A stretch of 64,000 nucleotides of DNA, from positions 722,420 to 786,419 of the forward strand of contig OZ251448.1 in the NCBI GenBank assembly GCA_965242515.1. Reading direction: 5' to 3'. Within the stretch, counting starts at the first letter, position 1; each line of letters opens with the position of its first letter. The stretch comes from Bdellovibrionales bacterium. Its GTDB lineage: Bacteria > Bdellovibrionota > Bdellovibrionia > Bdellovibrionales > UBA1609. The notes beneath the pieces are model-generated. The model saw only the letters and a list, made by a program, of their open reading frames with translations, was not told the origin of the DNA and ran no database searches. Shown here piece by piece: positions 46,870-56,847 of the stretch. The position numbers and the translations under genes are program-made.

Positions 46870-47622
46870 TTATTGTTCTTTCAAGTTAGAGTGAACATCT
46901 TGACAGTCAGGGTGATAGGTTAGCTTGTGTAAAAAATCTTTTATTTGTTGTTTATGGTTTATATCATTCAACACAAGAGGGGTTTTGGGTAAGTAAGCAA
47001 GCTTCGCCGATTCCACCACCCAAGAAAGGCTAGCTAATTTTTTTTGTGCTTTTAATAAATCATTTTTATTTGCGTAAAAAACAAAACTGTCTTTTGCTTC
47101 AGCTTTTTTTATATCTATAGCATCTATGGCTAATGCCACATCTTCTGGTTCGGCAGTAGCTAGTGGGGGGGTGGGTGTTTTGGATGCAGGGGTGGGAGGA
47201 GGAGGGCTTGCCGTTATAATGGCTACAGGGTCAAACATCCACAAAACAGAGCCATTTTCTGCTAAGTGACCACTGTGGGATTTAAACAAAAATCGTATTT
47301 CGGAAGTTGTGCGAATGCGATTATCGGTTAAACAGTGGGCTAAAACAGCTACTCCGTAGGAGGCAAAGCCTTCGAACAGCATTTCTTCTAGTGGGGTATC
47401 GTTTATTAAGCCTTGCCCTTTTTGTATAGCTCTGTTGATAGTTTCTTTAGGTAGCGAGTGTTGTCGGGCTTGGTTTAAGGCCAGTTGCAAGCGATGGTTA
47501 TTGTTGGGGTCTTTTCCTCCTAAGCGAGTGGCTACTTGGATAGCTTTGGATAATTTCGTAAATAAAGCAGCTTTTTTAGCGTAGTGAAGTTGTTTTCCGG
47601 CTGTTTTCCATTGTTTTCCCAT
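46870..47622 (-). CDS. yebC: YebC/PmpR-family transcriptional regulator
   Basis: N-terminal GKQWKTAGKQ...FTKLSKAIQVATRLGGKDPNNNHRLQLALNQARQHSLPKETINRAIQKG fits the family. Contains a Pro-rich insert (PPPPTPASKTPTPP). Confidence 0.85.
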   Translation of the reverse strand: MGKQWKTAGKQLHYAKKAALFTKLSKAIQVATRLGGKDPNNNHRLQLALNQARQHSLPKETINRAIQKGQGLINDTPLEEMLFEGFASYGVAVLAHCLTDNRIRTTSEIRFLFKSHSGHLAENGSVLWMFDPVAIITASPPPPTPASKTPTPPLATAEPEDVALAIDAIDIKKAEAKDSFVFYANKNDLLKAQKKLASLSWVVESAKLAYLPKTPLVLNDINHKQQIKDFLHKLTYHPDCQDVHSNLKEQ

Positions 47623-47802
47623 AAATTTTCCTTAAAAATGCACCTTTTTTGCGTGTTTTTTTAAAAAATCCGTTAAAGTTTTTTTAGCTTTGTTCTTTTA
47701 TTGTGCTTCTAGTAATTGACTTTAGCAAAAATTACATATAAAAGGTAATTTTAAGTGAACAAATTATAACATAACAATATAGGTGTAAGGAATTTTTTAA
47801 AT

Positions 47803-47976
47803 ATGGCATCTCCTAAAAGTCGTATCACTCGTGCAAGGCGAGGTATGAGGCGAGCACATCATGCCATCAAGCACCATAACATCAGTTCTTGCCAGAATTG
47901 TGGAGCTCCCAATCGTCCTCATTGTGTATGTTTATCTTGTGGGTGGTATAAACAGCGACAAGTGATTGCCACTTAA
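47803..47976 (+). CDS. rpmF: 50S ribosomal protein L32
   Basis: Not in the track (57 aa). My translation: [57 protein letters not shown], showing the L32 N-terminal basic motif plus a CxxC...CxxC zinc ribbon. Located upstream of fabH as in many bacteria. Confidence 0.85.
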   Translation: MASPKSRITRARRGMRRAHHAIKHHNISSCQNCGAPNRPHCVCLSCGWYKQRQVIAT

Positions 47977-47986
47977 GCTTAATAAT

Positions 47987-48967
47987 ATGTTTTATTCTAG
48001 AATTAGTGGGATAGGTTATTATTTACCAAAAAAGATTCTCACCAATATTGATTTAGAGCGTATAGTGGACACTTCAGACACATGGATTCAGCAAAGAACA
48101 GGCATAAAATCCCGGCACATAGCTCAAGACAATGAACTCCCCAGTGACATGGGTTATCAAGCATCTCTTAAAGCCTTAAAGCAAGCTGGCATAAAAACTC
48201 AAGATATAGATTTAATCATTGTAGCCACTTTATATCCCGATCAACTCATGCCCAACACGGCTTGCATGTTGCAAAAAAAACTAAAAGCCAGCGAGGTGCC
48301 TGCTTTGGACATTTCAGCAGCTTGCAGTGGTTTTGTCTATGCTGTAAGCATTGCTAATCAGTTTATACGCACGGGTACTTATAAAAACATTCTGGTTGTT
48401 GGTACAGAGGCTCTGCACCACATTACCAATTACAAGGATCGTAGCACTTGCATATTGTTTGGTGATGGGGCAGGGGCGGTGGTGTTATCACAAAACACGG
48501 ACCCTGAAAAAGGTTGTGTGTATTATCAAGAGTTAAAGGCTTACGGCGATATTGGGCATTTATTGAATATAACAACTCCAGGGGCAAAACACCCATTAAC
48601 AAAAAATAGCAAAATCAAATCAGAGGATTGTTGTATTCAAATGGACGGCACAAAAGTTTTCAAAAAAGCAGTACAAGTGATGTGTGATGCTTATCATCAA
48701 GCTCTTAAAAACAATAAGGTGTCAATAGACTGGGTGGTGCCACATCAAGCAAATGAAAGGATTTTAAAACAATTTTGTAAAACCACCTCTTGCCCTGAAG
48801 AGAAAGTTATTTTTGACATTCAAACTACAGGCAACACTTCTGCTGCTTCTATCCCTTTATCAATGGCAAGAGCTGTGGAGCAAAAAAAGATACACAGAGG
48901 GCAAAATGTACTCTTACTGGCTGTGGGAGGGGGGATGTCTTCTGGTTCTATGTTATTGAGGTATTAA
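47987..48967 (+). CDS. fabH: 3-oxoacyl-ACP synthase III
   Basis: SRISGIGYYLP N-terminus, active-site AACSGFVYA (Cys), VVPHQANERI (His), TGNTSAASIP (Asn). The track start 47966 overlaps rpmF; ATG 47987 is more likely. Confidence 0.9.
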   Translation: MFYSRISGIGYYLPKKILTNIDLERIVDTSDTWIQQRTGIKSRHIAQDNELPSDMGYQASLKALKQAGIKTQDIDLIIVATLYPDQLMPNTACMLQKKLKASEVPALDISAACSGFVYAVSIANQFIRTGTYKNILVVGTEALHHITNYKDRSTCILFGDGAGAVVLSQNTDPEKGCVYYQELKAYGDIGHLLNITTPGAKHPLTKNSKIKSEDCCIQMDGTKVFKKAVQVMCDAYHQALKNNKVSIDWVVPHQANERILKQFCKTTSCPEEKVIFDIQTTGNTSAASIPLSMARAVEQKKIHRGQNVLLLAVGGGMSSGSMLLRY

Positions 48968-48973
48968 ATAGCT

Positions 48974-49951
48974 ATGTGGAGCATATTATTTCCGGGGCAA
49001 GGCTCGCAAACTGTGGGTATGGGAAAGTTTTATTATGATAATTTTAATAAAGCTAAAACATTATTTGACATTGCGGAACAAACAACCAGCATACCTCTTA
49101 AGCAATTGTGTTTTGAAGGTCCGTTAGAAACACTCACTCTGACACAAAATGCTCAAGTAGCCATTGTATTAGTATCTTGTTGTGCATGGGAGTGTTTATC
49201 AGAAGAGGTGGATCTTTCTTGCGTAAAATACATTGCTGGTCATTCTGTAGGAGAGTATTCTGCTTTGTACAGTGCGGGGGTTTTGACTTTTATAGAAACA
49301 ATTAAAGCTGTAAAAAACCGGTCAGAATTGATGCACATCGCATGTACTGCACACAAAGGAGGGATGGGGGCTTTATTGGGTCCTTCCAGTAAAGAGGCTC
49401 AAGCCTTTTGCCAATGGGTAGAAAGCAACAGTCATTTTAAACCCTTATCAGTGGCTAATTTTAACACTTTGGAGCAAACAGTCATCAGTGGCAATGCTCA
49501 AGCTCTTAAATGGGCGTATGAGCATTACAAAGAGTATCCTTTCGGAGTGAAAAAAGTAAGACTTATGCCGTTAAATGTATCGGGGGCTTTTCACTCTTCT
49601 TTAATGACCGAAGCAGAACAAAAAATGAAGCTCGTACTACAAGGTTTAAACTTTAAGCTTTCAGAAAAATATTTAGTGGTGCAAAACACTACGGCAAAAG
49701 CCACCCATAAGCCACAACAAATTTACCAAAATTTAACAACACAAATACAAAGCCCTGTTATGTGGGTACAGTCTATGCAGTATTTATTAGAAAAATCTTG
49801 CACTCATTTTATAGAGTTAGGAAATGGCAAAACACTGTCTGGTATTTTAAAAAAAATAAACCGTACAGTCAATACTTATCACTTTCATTCTATGGAAGAT
49901 AAACATCGTCTACAAAAAGCGACCACGGCAGGATTTGAACCTGCGACCTAG
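48974..49951 (+). CDS. fabD: malonyl CoA-ACP transacylase
   Basis: FPGQGSQTVGMG and GHSVGEYSAL (active-site Ser) motifs. The last ~10 codons (KATTAGFEPAT*) are the antisense of the tRNA gene. Confidence 0.9.
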   Translation: MWSILFPGQGSQTVGMGKFYYDNFNKAKTLFDIAEQTTSIPLKQLCFEGPLETLTLTQNAQVAIVLVSCCAWECLSEEVDLSCVKYIAGHSVGEYSALYSAGVLTFIETIKAVKNRSELMHIACTAHKGGMGALLGPSSKEAQAFCQWVESNSHFKPLSVANFNTLEQTVISGNAQALKWAYEHYKEYPFGVKKVRLMPLNVSGAFHSSLMTEAEQKMKLVLQGLNFKLSEKYLVVQNTTAKATHKPQQIYQNLTTQIQSPVMWVQSMQYLLEKSCTHFIELGNGKTLSGILKKINRTVNTYHFHSMEDKHRLQKATTAGFEPAT

Positions 49952-49994
49952 AGTTTAGGAAACTCTTGCTCTATCCGGGCTGAGCTACGTGGTC
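49920..49994 (-). tRNA. tRNA-Arg (anticodon CCT/CCU)
   Basis: Manual cloverleaf: GACCACG TA GCTC AGCCCGGATA GAGC A AGAGT TTCCTAA ACTCT AGGTC GCAGG TTCAAAT CCTGC CGTGGTC G. All four stems pair perfectly. CCA is not encoded. Confidence 0.85.
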
Positions 49995-50062
49995 ATAGCA
50001 TATATTATCTGTCTTATTATCACTTTTTTTACTTATAACACTTTTATTAAATAATAAAAGTT

Positions 50063-50866
50063 CTATTTTTTTATAGATAATGCTGTGTGAATTTTTTTAG
50101 CTAATGTTATAAATACTTGGGTTTCGGCACTATCTTCTGTGTTGCTTTCTAAAAAAGGTACCCCTGCCTCACAACTAAGTCCTAATTCTGTGTAAAACGG
50201 AATGCTAACTAATTTTTCAAGGGCTTTTGTTTTTAAATAATTATCTAATTGACCTTTAGGAAATAAGTCTATAGGTGCATCTTGTGGAGTTTTTCTAAAA
50301 GAAGACATATTTTCTACCACACCTAAGCAAGGGATTTTTAATTGTGTTAACATATTTAACGCTTTTTTAGCATCCACTAAAGCAATGTTTTGCGGAGTGC
50401 ATACCACAACCCCTCCTGACACAGGGGTTTTTTGTGCCAGTGTCAACACCACATCCCCCGTACCTGGTGGTAAATCCACAATAAGGTAATCTAACTGCCC
50501 CCAATCCACATCTTTTAAAAACTGATCTACGGCTTTAAACAACATAGGTCCTCGCCATATTACAGGGTCATCTTCTTTAATCAAAAAACCCATGCTCATA
50601 ACCTTAATGCCATAACGAAATAAAGGTACCAGTTTTTTATTGTCCGAGCTTAGCTTTGGTTTTTGGTTTAATAAACCCATCATACGCGGAATAGAAGGAC
50701 CGTATAAATCAGCATCCAATAAACCTACTTTATGGTTTAAACTTTTAAGTGCTAAAGAAACATTTAATGCTACAGTGCTTTTACCCACCCCTCCTTTGCC
50801 AGAGCCTATGGCAATCACATGTTTTACACTACTCAATGAGGCTTGTTTGTCAAAGGGGTTAATCAT
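50063..50866 (-). CDS. Mrp/NBP35-family Fe-S cluster carrier ATPase (ApbC)
   Basis: Deviant Walker A IGSGKGGVGKST, DLPPGTGD, and a CxxC-like region typical of Mrp/ApbC. Confidence 0.9.
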   Translation of the reverse strand: MINPFDKQASLSSVKHVIAIGSGKGGVGKSTVALNVSLALKSLNHKVGLLDADLYGPSIPRMMGLLNQKPKLSSDNKKLVPLFRYGIKVMSMGFLIKEDDPVIWRGPMLFKAVDQFLKDVDWGQLDYLIVDLPPGTGDVVLTLAQKTPVSGGVVVCTPQNIALVDAKKALNMLTQLKIPCLGVVENMSSFRKTPQDAPIDLFPKGQLDNYLKTKALEKLVSIPFYTELGLSCEAGVPFLESNTEDSAETQVFITLAKKIHTALSIKK

Positions 50867-50870
50867 AATG

Positions 50871-53441
50871 TTAAAGCTTCCAGTTTAAACCAGCACCAAA
50901 GCTAAAGTTGTTACTATAGCTTGCTACAAGTGATATATTTTTAGTTGCGATATAGCTTAAGCCCACCTGCCACTCATGTTCACCCGTATTGCCATCTGTC
51001 CACTGGTTAATAAAATGATTAGTAAAATCCCAGTCATTATTATCGTCTGTAAAAGCAGGTAACTCCCACTCCCACTCAACAAAAAATTCTGTTCTATCAA
51101 ACACTAACACTTCATATTCTAAACCCAGTTGTAATTGCATATTATGACTTAAGCTTAAACTGCCTTCTATTAAAAAAGGTAAAGTGTATCTGATACCTGC
51201 TCGCCCTATAAAGTCACCCGCTGGCAGTTCATAATCCCACAAGCCCCATACACTACCACCTTCTTTAATGGGGGTTGTTTCTATATCAACACCTGCAAAA
51301 AGACGAAAAAAATTAGTAAAAAAATACTCATAAGATGTTTCTATTTCAAAATCATTCTCTAAATAATACTCGTTATCTACCCAAGCAAACACTCCTTCTA
51401 TACTGATTTGATTTTTAGTGTTAGAAAGTACTGTGGTGTTATTTATTTGATGGCTCATTAAACTGACATCTCCCCATAAATACCACTGTTTGTCTGTATT
51501 AAAGATTTTTGATAGAGGATAATTTTTTAAACGCACATCCCTTTTGTCACCAAGGCTGAATACACGCGACATACCTGACTTCATGTGATATAAAACATGA
51601 CAGTGGAAAAACCAATCCCCCTTTTCATTAGGGCTAAACTCAATGCTTACTGACTGCATAGGAGGTACATCCACCGTGTGTTTTAAAGGGGAATACGCCC
51701 CGTGCTTATTGAACACTCTAAAAAAATGCCCATGCAAATGCATCGGGTGATGCATCATTGTTTTATTGTGTAAATGGATACGCATTGTTTGACTTTTTTT
51801 AATTTTAATCTTGTCAGACCTAGATAAAGTTTTATTGTTGATACTCCAAACATAACGACGCATATTACCTGTTAGGTTTAAATGTATTTGCTTTAAACTC
51901 TGTTTTAAACCATGTTTTAAACCATGTTTTAAACTATGATGCTTTGGAAAGTCGGTTCGCTTGAGCGATTTTAAATGATCATAGCCAAATTTTTGTTGGT
52001 GCTGTTGATGAGCTTGATGCCCCTGATGCCCCTCTTGATGTTCTAAGTGTTTTTGTTTTTTATCTACATGCTTTTTAGCTGTATGATGTTGACTAAGATG
52101 ATGTTGATTGGGATGGCGATTGTTATGCTGATGACGATACTCACTATGCTTGTTCTTATCATACTGACTATGTTGCTGATGTGTATTATGCTTATTGTGA
52201 TGCCTATTATGCTGACTATTTTGATTTTTATTATGTTGGTTATGTGTATCATGCTTATTGTGAACATGCTGACTATGTGAGCTATGTTCATAATGCTTGT
52301 TATCTTGCTTATGCTGACTATTTTGACTATGCGAACTATGAGAGCCAGAATGATGCTTTGCCATATCTTGCATCATCTGTATCCAATTAGGTTGTTCTTG
52401 CACTGAGGCTTTTAACACAGGGCCTTTCCCCATAACAACACTCACCTTTCCTGAACCATCTTGAGCAAAAGCTTTTATCTCTACGGCTTTTTTAAAAGGT
52501 ATGGTGACTAACAAATCATAAGTTTCTGCAATAGCACTAAGTATTTTGTTGGTTCTTGTGGGTTTCACATTCACCCCATCAGCAGAAACTAAAAGAGGCA
52601 TTAAATGTTTTTGGTTTTTACTACCTGTAAAACGAAGCCAAAAATAAGTACTAGCAGAAGCATTGATAATACGGACTCTGACTTTTTGCCCTCCTTTAAA
52701 TTTAGGATAATGCTGTGTGGTTTTGCCATTAACTAAAAAAGCGGGATAGTACACATCGGAAATATCTATGCCCGGCATTCTATCGTACCACATTTTTAAT
52801 TGAGCCAGCAAAGCACCTTTTCTTATAACATGGCTTAAACTAAGGGCTGTACCTTTTTTGATAGCATACCACTCATTAGCTCTTTTTAAAGTACGCAGTA
52901 CTTCTTTAGGTTTTTCATCTGTCCAATCGGATAGTACTAAAACTAAATCACGATCGTAAGATAAAAGCTTTTTTTTAGGCTCAATAACGATAGCACCGTA
53001 CACACCCCTTTGCTCTTGCAAGCCTGTGTGCGAATGGTACCAATAAGTGCCTGATTGTTTGACCTTAAAAGTAAAGCGGTGCGTTTTACCCGGTTTAATA
53101 GGAGGGGTTGTCAAATAAGGCACACCATCTTGAAAATTAGGAAGTAAAATACCATGCCAGTGGATAGAACTTTCTACATCCATTTTATTAGTAACATCAA
53201 TCACCACCTTTTGCCCTTCTTTAAAATATAAAGTAGGTGCCGGAAGTAAGTCGTTCACCACCATAGCCTGAACTTTCTGACCTGTAATATCAACCATTTT
53301 ATAATCAATGGTTAAATGATAATCCGCTTTTTTAAAAGGTTTAGTTTTATGAGCTACACTCTTACCTGTCACATATATGGCATAAATGCTAACAGTCAGT
53401 ACTATGCAAATTTTAAAACACTTATAAAGTTTTGTTTTCAT
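50871..53441 (-). CDS. multicopper oxidase (CopA/PcoA-like) with a His-rich insert and a ~230-aa CopB-like beta-barrel-type C-terminal extension
   Basis: Copper sites HWHGILLP, WYHSHTG, HPMHLHGH, HCHVLYHMKSGM. His/Gln/Asn-rich block at aa ~362-480. 232 aa follow the last Cu site, with alternating aromatic/acidic strands. Confidence 0.8.
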   Translation of the reverse strand: MKTKLYKCFKICIVLTVSIYAIYVTGKSVAHKTKPFKKADYHLTIDYKMVDITGQKVQAMVVNDLLPAPTLYFKEGQKVVIDVTNKMDVESSIHWHGILLPNFQDGVPYLTTPPIKPGKTHRFTFKVKQSGTYWYHSHTGLQEQRGVYGAIVIEPKKKLLSYDRDLVLVLSDWTDEKPKEVLRTLKRANEWYAIKKGTALSLSHVIRKGALLAQLKMWYDRMPGIDISDVYYPAFLVNGKTTQHYPKFKGGQKVRVRIINASASTYFWLRFTGSKNQKHLMPLLVSADGVNVKPTRTNKILSAIAETYDLLVTIPFKKAVEIKAFAQDGSGKVSVVMGKGPVLKASVQEQPNWIQMMQDMAKHHSGSHSSHSQNSQHKQDNKHYEHSSHSQHVHNKHDTHNQHNKNQNSQHNRHHNKHNTHQQHSQYDKNKHSEYRHQHNNRHPNQHHLSQHHTAKKHVDKKQKHLEHQEGHQGHQAHQQHQQKFGYDHLKSLKRTDFPKHHSLKHGLKHGLKQSLKQIHLNLTGNMRRYVWSINNKTLSRSDKIKIKKSQTMRIHLHNKTMMHHPMHLHGHFFRVFNKHGAYSPLKHTVDVPPMQSVSIEFSPNEKGDWFFHCHVLYHMKSGMSRVFSLGDKRDVRLKNYPLSKIFNTDKQWYLWGDVSLMSHQINNTTVLSNTKNQISIEGVFAWVDNEYYLENDFEIETSYEYFFTNFFRLFAGVDIETTPIKEGGSVWGLWDYELPAGDFIGRAGIRYTLPFLIEGSLSLSHNMQLQLGLEYEVLVFDRTEFFVEWEWELPAFTDDNNDWDFTNHFINQWTDGNTGEHEWQVGLSYIATKNISLVASYSNNFSFGAGLNWKL

Positions 53442-53522
53442 TTTTTATTTTTACCTCCTTTTATTAGCACCTTTTTTTGATTGTTTTTTAGTATTATTTA
53501 TCTACCTATTTATCTATAAAAA

Positions 53523-54188
53523 TTATAACTGCATTTCTTTCAAGTTTGGTGAAATAGCAAACGGGGCTTCAGTTATTTTTTTCACTTCCTTAGGTGTGAT
53601 ACCAGGGGCTACTTCTTGCAACATAAAACCCTTGTCCGGTAAAACATCAATAACAGCATAATCTGTTACAATACGGTCCACACATTGCAACCCTGTTAGT
53701 GGCAAAGTACATTGTTCTAACAACTTAGCCTGACCTTTTTTATTGGTGTGTTGCATGGCTACAATTACTTTTTTAGCCCCTGCTACTAAGTCCATAGCAC
53801 CTCCCATACCTTTAACCATTTTCCCCGGAACCATCCAATTAGCAATACCACCTTTATTGTCCACTTGTAAAGCCCCTAATACACTTAAATCAATATGCCC
53901 CCCTCGGATCATAGCAAAACTATCAGCAGAAGAAAAAAAACTAGCCCCTTTAACTGCTGTCACCGTTTGTTTGCCAGCGTTAATGAGATCAGCATCTTCC
54001 TCACCCTCTAAAGGGAAAGGCCCTAAACCTAATAAACCATTTTCACTATGCAGTAATACCTGCATCCCCTTTGGAATATAATTACCCACTAAAGTAGGTA
54101 TACCAATGCCTAAGTTGACAATAAAGCCATCTTGGATTTCTTGAGCAATGCGTTGTGCGATTTGATTTCTGTTTAAAACAGGTGTCAT
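53523..54188 (-). CDS. scoB: 3-oxoacid CoA-transferase subunit B
   Basis: [12 protein letters not shown] (catalytic Glu in SENG) and [11 protein letters not shown] motifs. 4-nt overlap with subunit A. Confidence 0.9.
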   Translation of the reverse strand: MTPVLNRNQIAQRIAQEIQDGFIVNLGIGIPTLVGNYIPKGMQVLLHSENGLLGLGPFPLEGEEDADLINAGKQTVTAVKGASFFSSADSFAMIRGGHIDLSVLGALQVDNKGGIANWMVPGKMVKGMGGAMDLVAGAKKVIVAMQHTNKKGQAKLLEQCTLPLTGLQCVDRIVTDYAVIDVLPDKGFMLQEVAPGITPKEVKKITEAPFAISPNLKEMQL

Positions 54189-54892
54189 ACACTCTTATCC
54201 TTTGATGTTCTAATGGTTTTTTGTTCTATTCTTTTTTCGTAATTGACCCCTTGAAAAACCCTTTGCACATAAATCCCCGGTGTGTGAATGGTGTTAGGGT
54301 CTAAACTCCCCGTTTCTACCAGCTCTTCTACTTCAGCAATGGTAACTTGAGACGCCCCTGCCATAACAGAGTTAAAATTTCTTGCCGTATGCCGAAATAT
54401 AAGATTGCCAAAACGATCCCCCTTCCAAGCTTTTATTAAAGAAAAATCCCCACGCAAGGCTTTTTCTAACAAATAAGTTTTACCATTAAACACTTTGCTT
54501 TCTTTGTTTTCAGCAACTCTCGTTCCCACACCTACAGCTGTGTAAAAACCCGGAATACCCGATGCCCCTGCCCGCAATCGTTCTGCCAAAGTGCCTTGCG
54601 GTACTAACTCCAAATCCAATACCCCTTCTAAATATTGCTTTTCAAATAAATGGTTTTCGCCCACATAACTTGCTATCATTTTTTTTATTTGCTTTGTTTG
54701 GAGTAACAAGCCTAAGCCAAAATCCGAAACCCCTGCATTGTTAGAAACACAAGTAAGATTTTTTGTACCTTTATCCCGAATGGCAGAAATAAGATTTTCA
54801 GGAATTCCACACAAGCCAAACCCACCTGCCAGTAACACTGCTCCATCTTGTAAATCAAAAAGAGCTTGAGTAGCATTTTTATAAACTTTCAT
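54185..54892 (-). CDS. scoA: 3-oxoacid CoA-transferase subunit A
   Basis: [23 protein letters not shown] and [12 protein letters not shown] motifs. Confidence 0.9.
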   Translation of the reverse strand: MKVYKNATQALFDLQDGAVLLAGGFGLCGIPENLISAIRDKGTKNLTCVSNNAGVSDFGLGLLLQTKQIKKMIASYVGENHLFEKQYLEGVLDLELVPQGTLAERLRAGASGIPGFYTAVGVGTRVAENKESKVFNGKTYLLEKALRGDFSLIKAWKGDRFGNLIFRHTARNFNSVMAGASQVTIAEVEELVETGSLDPNTIHTPGIYVQRVFQGVNYEKRIEQKTIRTSKDKSV

Positions 54893-54956
54893 TATGTTTT
54901 TGCTTTCTGTTATATTTTTTTTGTTATATCATTTATGTTTTCTTAAAACTTAAGTG

Positions 54957-56129
54957 TTATTGTTTTTCTACTAAAACGGCTACCGCTTCTCCTCCCCCTA
55001 AGCAAATAGCTGCTACACCGTATTTTTTGTTATATCTATGCAAAGCATGCACTAAGGTTACTAAGATTCTCGCACCACTTGCCCCTATAGGATGCCCTAA
55101 GGCGACAGCCCCTCCGTGTACATTGAGCTTCTCCGGAGGGATGCCCAGCTTTTTTTGTGCCACTTGTGCCACAACACAAAAAGCCTCGTTAATTTCAAAT
55201 AAATCAATATCACTTATTTTTTTATTAGTAAGGTGTAATATTTTTTTTATCGCTTGTACGGGGGCAGTGGTAAAATTTTCTGGCTCTTGAGCGAACACAG
55301 ATTGTGCTACTATACGAGCTAATGGTTTCTTCTTTGTAGATTGTAAGTATTTGTCTGACACCACTAAACACATAGCCGCTCCATCGCTAATTTTACTGGC
55401 GTTTGCGGGTGTAATAGTGCCGTCTTTTTCAAACACAGGTGAAAGATGCGGGATCTTATCAAATATCACTTTACCGGGCTCTTCATCTGTTTTAACAGTA
55501 ATAGTTTTTTTGCCTACCTGACAAGTAACAGCCGTAAGCTCTTTATCAAAATAGCCAGACTTTAAAGCAATTTGGGCTTTTTTGTAACTATGAGTGGCAT
55601 ATTCATCCTGACTTTTACGGCTGATTTGATGCTTTTTAGCACACATTTCCCCTGCCACTCCCATGTGAAAATTATGGTAAGGGTCCCACAATCCATCTGT
55701 TACCATACTATCTAAAGCTTTTTGATCTCCTAAACGCCAGCCTTTTCGTACTTTGGGTAATAGGTAAGGGGTAAGACTCATGTTCTCTTGCCCTCCAGCT
55801 ATAACGGCATCAGCCCTTTTTAAAGCAATTAAATCGCAAGCGAGCATAAGTGCTTTTAAACCCGAACCACATACCTTGTTAATAGTCATACAAGGAGTTG
55901 CCACTTTAAGCCCTGCGTAAATCGCCGATTGACGAGCAGGGCTTTGCCCACAACCCGCAGTTAATACCTGCCCTATCACACATTCGTGTACATCCTCTAC
56001 AGGCACAGCACTTTCTTTTAACACAGCTTGAATAGCCATAGCCCCTAAATGCGGTGCCGGCACAGTAGAAAGCCCACCTAAAAAAGCCCCAATAGGAGTC
56101 CTCTTTGCTGATAAAATATACGCATTCAT
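54957..56129 (-). CDS. acetyl-CoA C-acetyltransferase (thiolase II)
   Basis: INKVCGSGLKA (active-site Cys), NVHGGAVALGHPIGASGARI and CLGGGEAVA motifs. Confidence 0.95.
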   Translation of the reverse strand: MNAYILSAKRTPIGAFLGGLSTVPAPHLGAMAIQAVLKESAVPVEDVHECVIGQVLTAGCGQSPARQSAIYAGLKVATPCMTINKVCGSGLKALMLACDLIALKRADAVIAGGQENMSLTPYLLPKVRKGWRLGDQKALDSMVTDGLWDPYHNFHMGVAGEMCAKKHQISRKSQDEYATHSYKKAQIALKSGYFDKELTAVTCQVGKKTITVKTDEEPGKVIFDKIPHLSPVFEKDGTITPANASKISDGAAMCLVVSDKYLQSTKKKPLARIVAQSVFAQEPENFTTAPVQAIKKILHLTNKKISDIDLFEINEAFCVVAQVAQKKLGIPPEKLNVHGGAVALGHPIGASGARILVTLVHALHRYNKKYGVAAICLGGGEAVAVLVEKQ

Positions 56130-56379
56130 TTTGCTTACCTTTAATCTATTACTCTTACTAACTATTTATGTATAGGAATTAAAAATAAATGGAAGTAATG
56201 ACGCTATGCATAAAGATATATAAAGCACATCTTTATCAATTTTTAACAATAATTTTAAATAAATCTTATTACTAAAGGCTTATTATTGGAGGCTTTAGGA
56301 TAAAACAATTTTTAATATGTGATTTACATTTTAATACAAATAAAGTATAATCATACAAAGTCAAATGAGGTTTAAGTAA

Positions 56380-56751
56380 ATGAGGTTAAGTATAGGTAAA
56401 GTAATATTTATTATATTTATTACTGTTTTGTACATTGGTTGTAACGGAGGTTATTCTGCACCAGATGTAAATACAACGCACTATGCTTATGTTTTTAAAT
56501 CTGATAACAGTAAGCAATGCGATACGGAAAGTGGTATATCCTTAGAGGAAATGGCTCAAGAGTTAACAGGTATTAAAATTATAGATCAAATTAAAGGCAT
56601 AGATGATAAACAATATACCGCCTCATGTGGCACTGCTACAGGGCGAATTAATATTTACAAAATTGCTAAACAAGATACAGCTTTTGCTATTAATAAAGGT
56701 TTTGCTGAATTGCCTTTTAATTTGCTATGGCAGGTAGATTTTGATACATAA
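56380..56751 (+). CDS. hypothetical lipoprotein
   Basis: 123 aa. Hydrophobic leader ending in the lipobox-like LYIGC. No family recognised. Confidence 0.45.
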   Translation: MRLSIGKVIFIIFITVLYIGCNGGYSAPDVNTTHYAYVFKSDNSKQCDTESGISLEEMAQELTGIKIIDQIKGIDDKQYTASCGTATGRINIYKIAKQDTAFAINKGFAELPFNLLWQVDFDT

Positions 56752-56847
56752 TTGGTTGTAATACGGCACAAATGCAATACGGCAAATCAATACGGCAAAT
56801 CAATACGGCAAAAAATATTTAATATAGAGGGTCAAAAAAACAGGTAT

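Noticed and set aside
52047-52390. Alternative-frame and antisense ORFs inside the His-rich region of the multicopper oxidase
   Set aside because: These are artefacts of the biased CAT/CAC/AAC-rich coding repeat. The oxidase frame is continuous and carries the copper motifs on both sides.
56760-56812. Short tandem repeats aatacggcaaatc (x3-4) downstream of the lipoprotein gene, and the similar cgtaa-type repeats at 46770-46830
   Set aside because: They are real but tiny, degenerate intergenic repeats between convergent genes. There is nothing to suggest function beyond possible terminator or spacer sequence.
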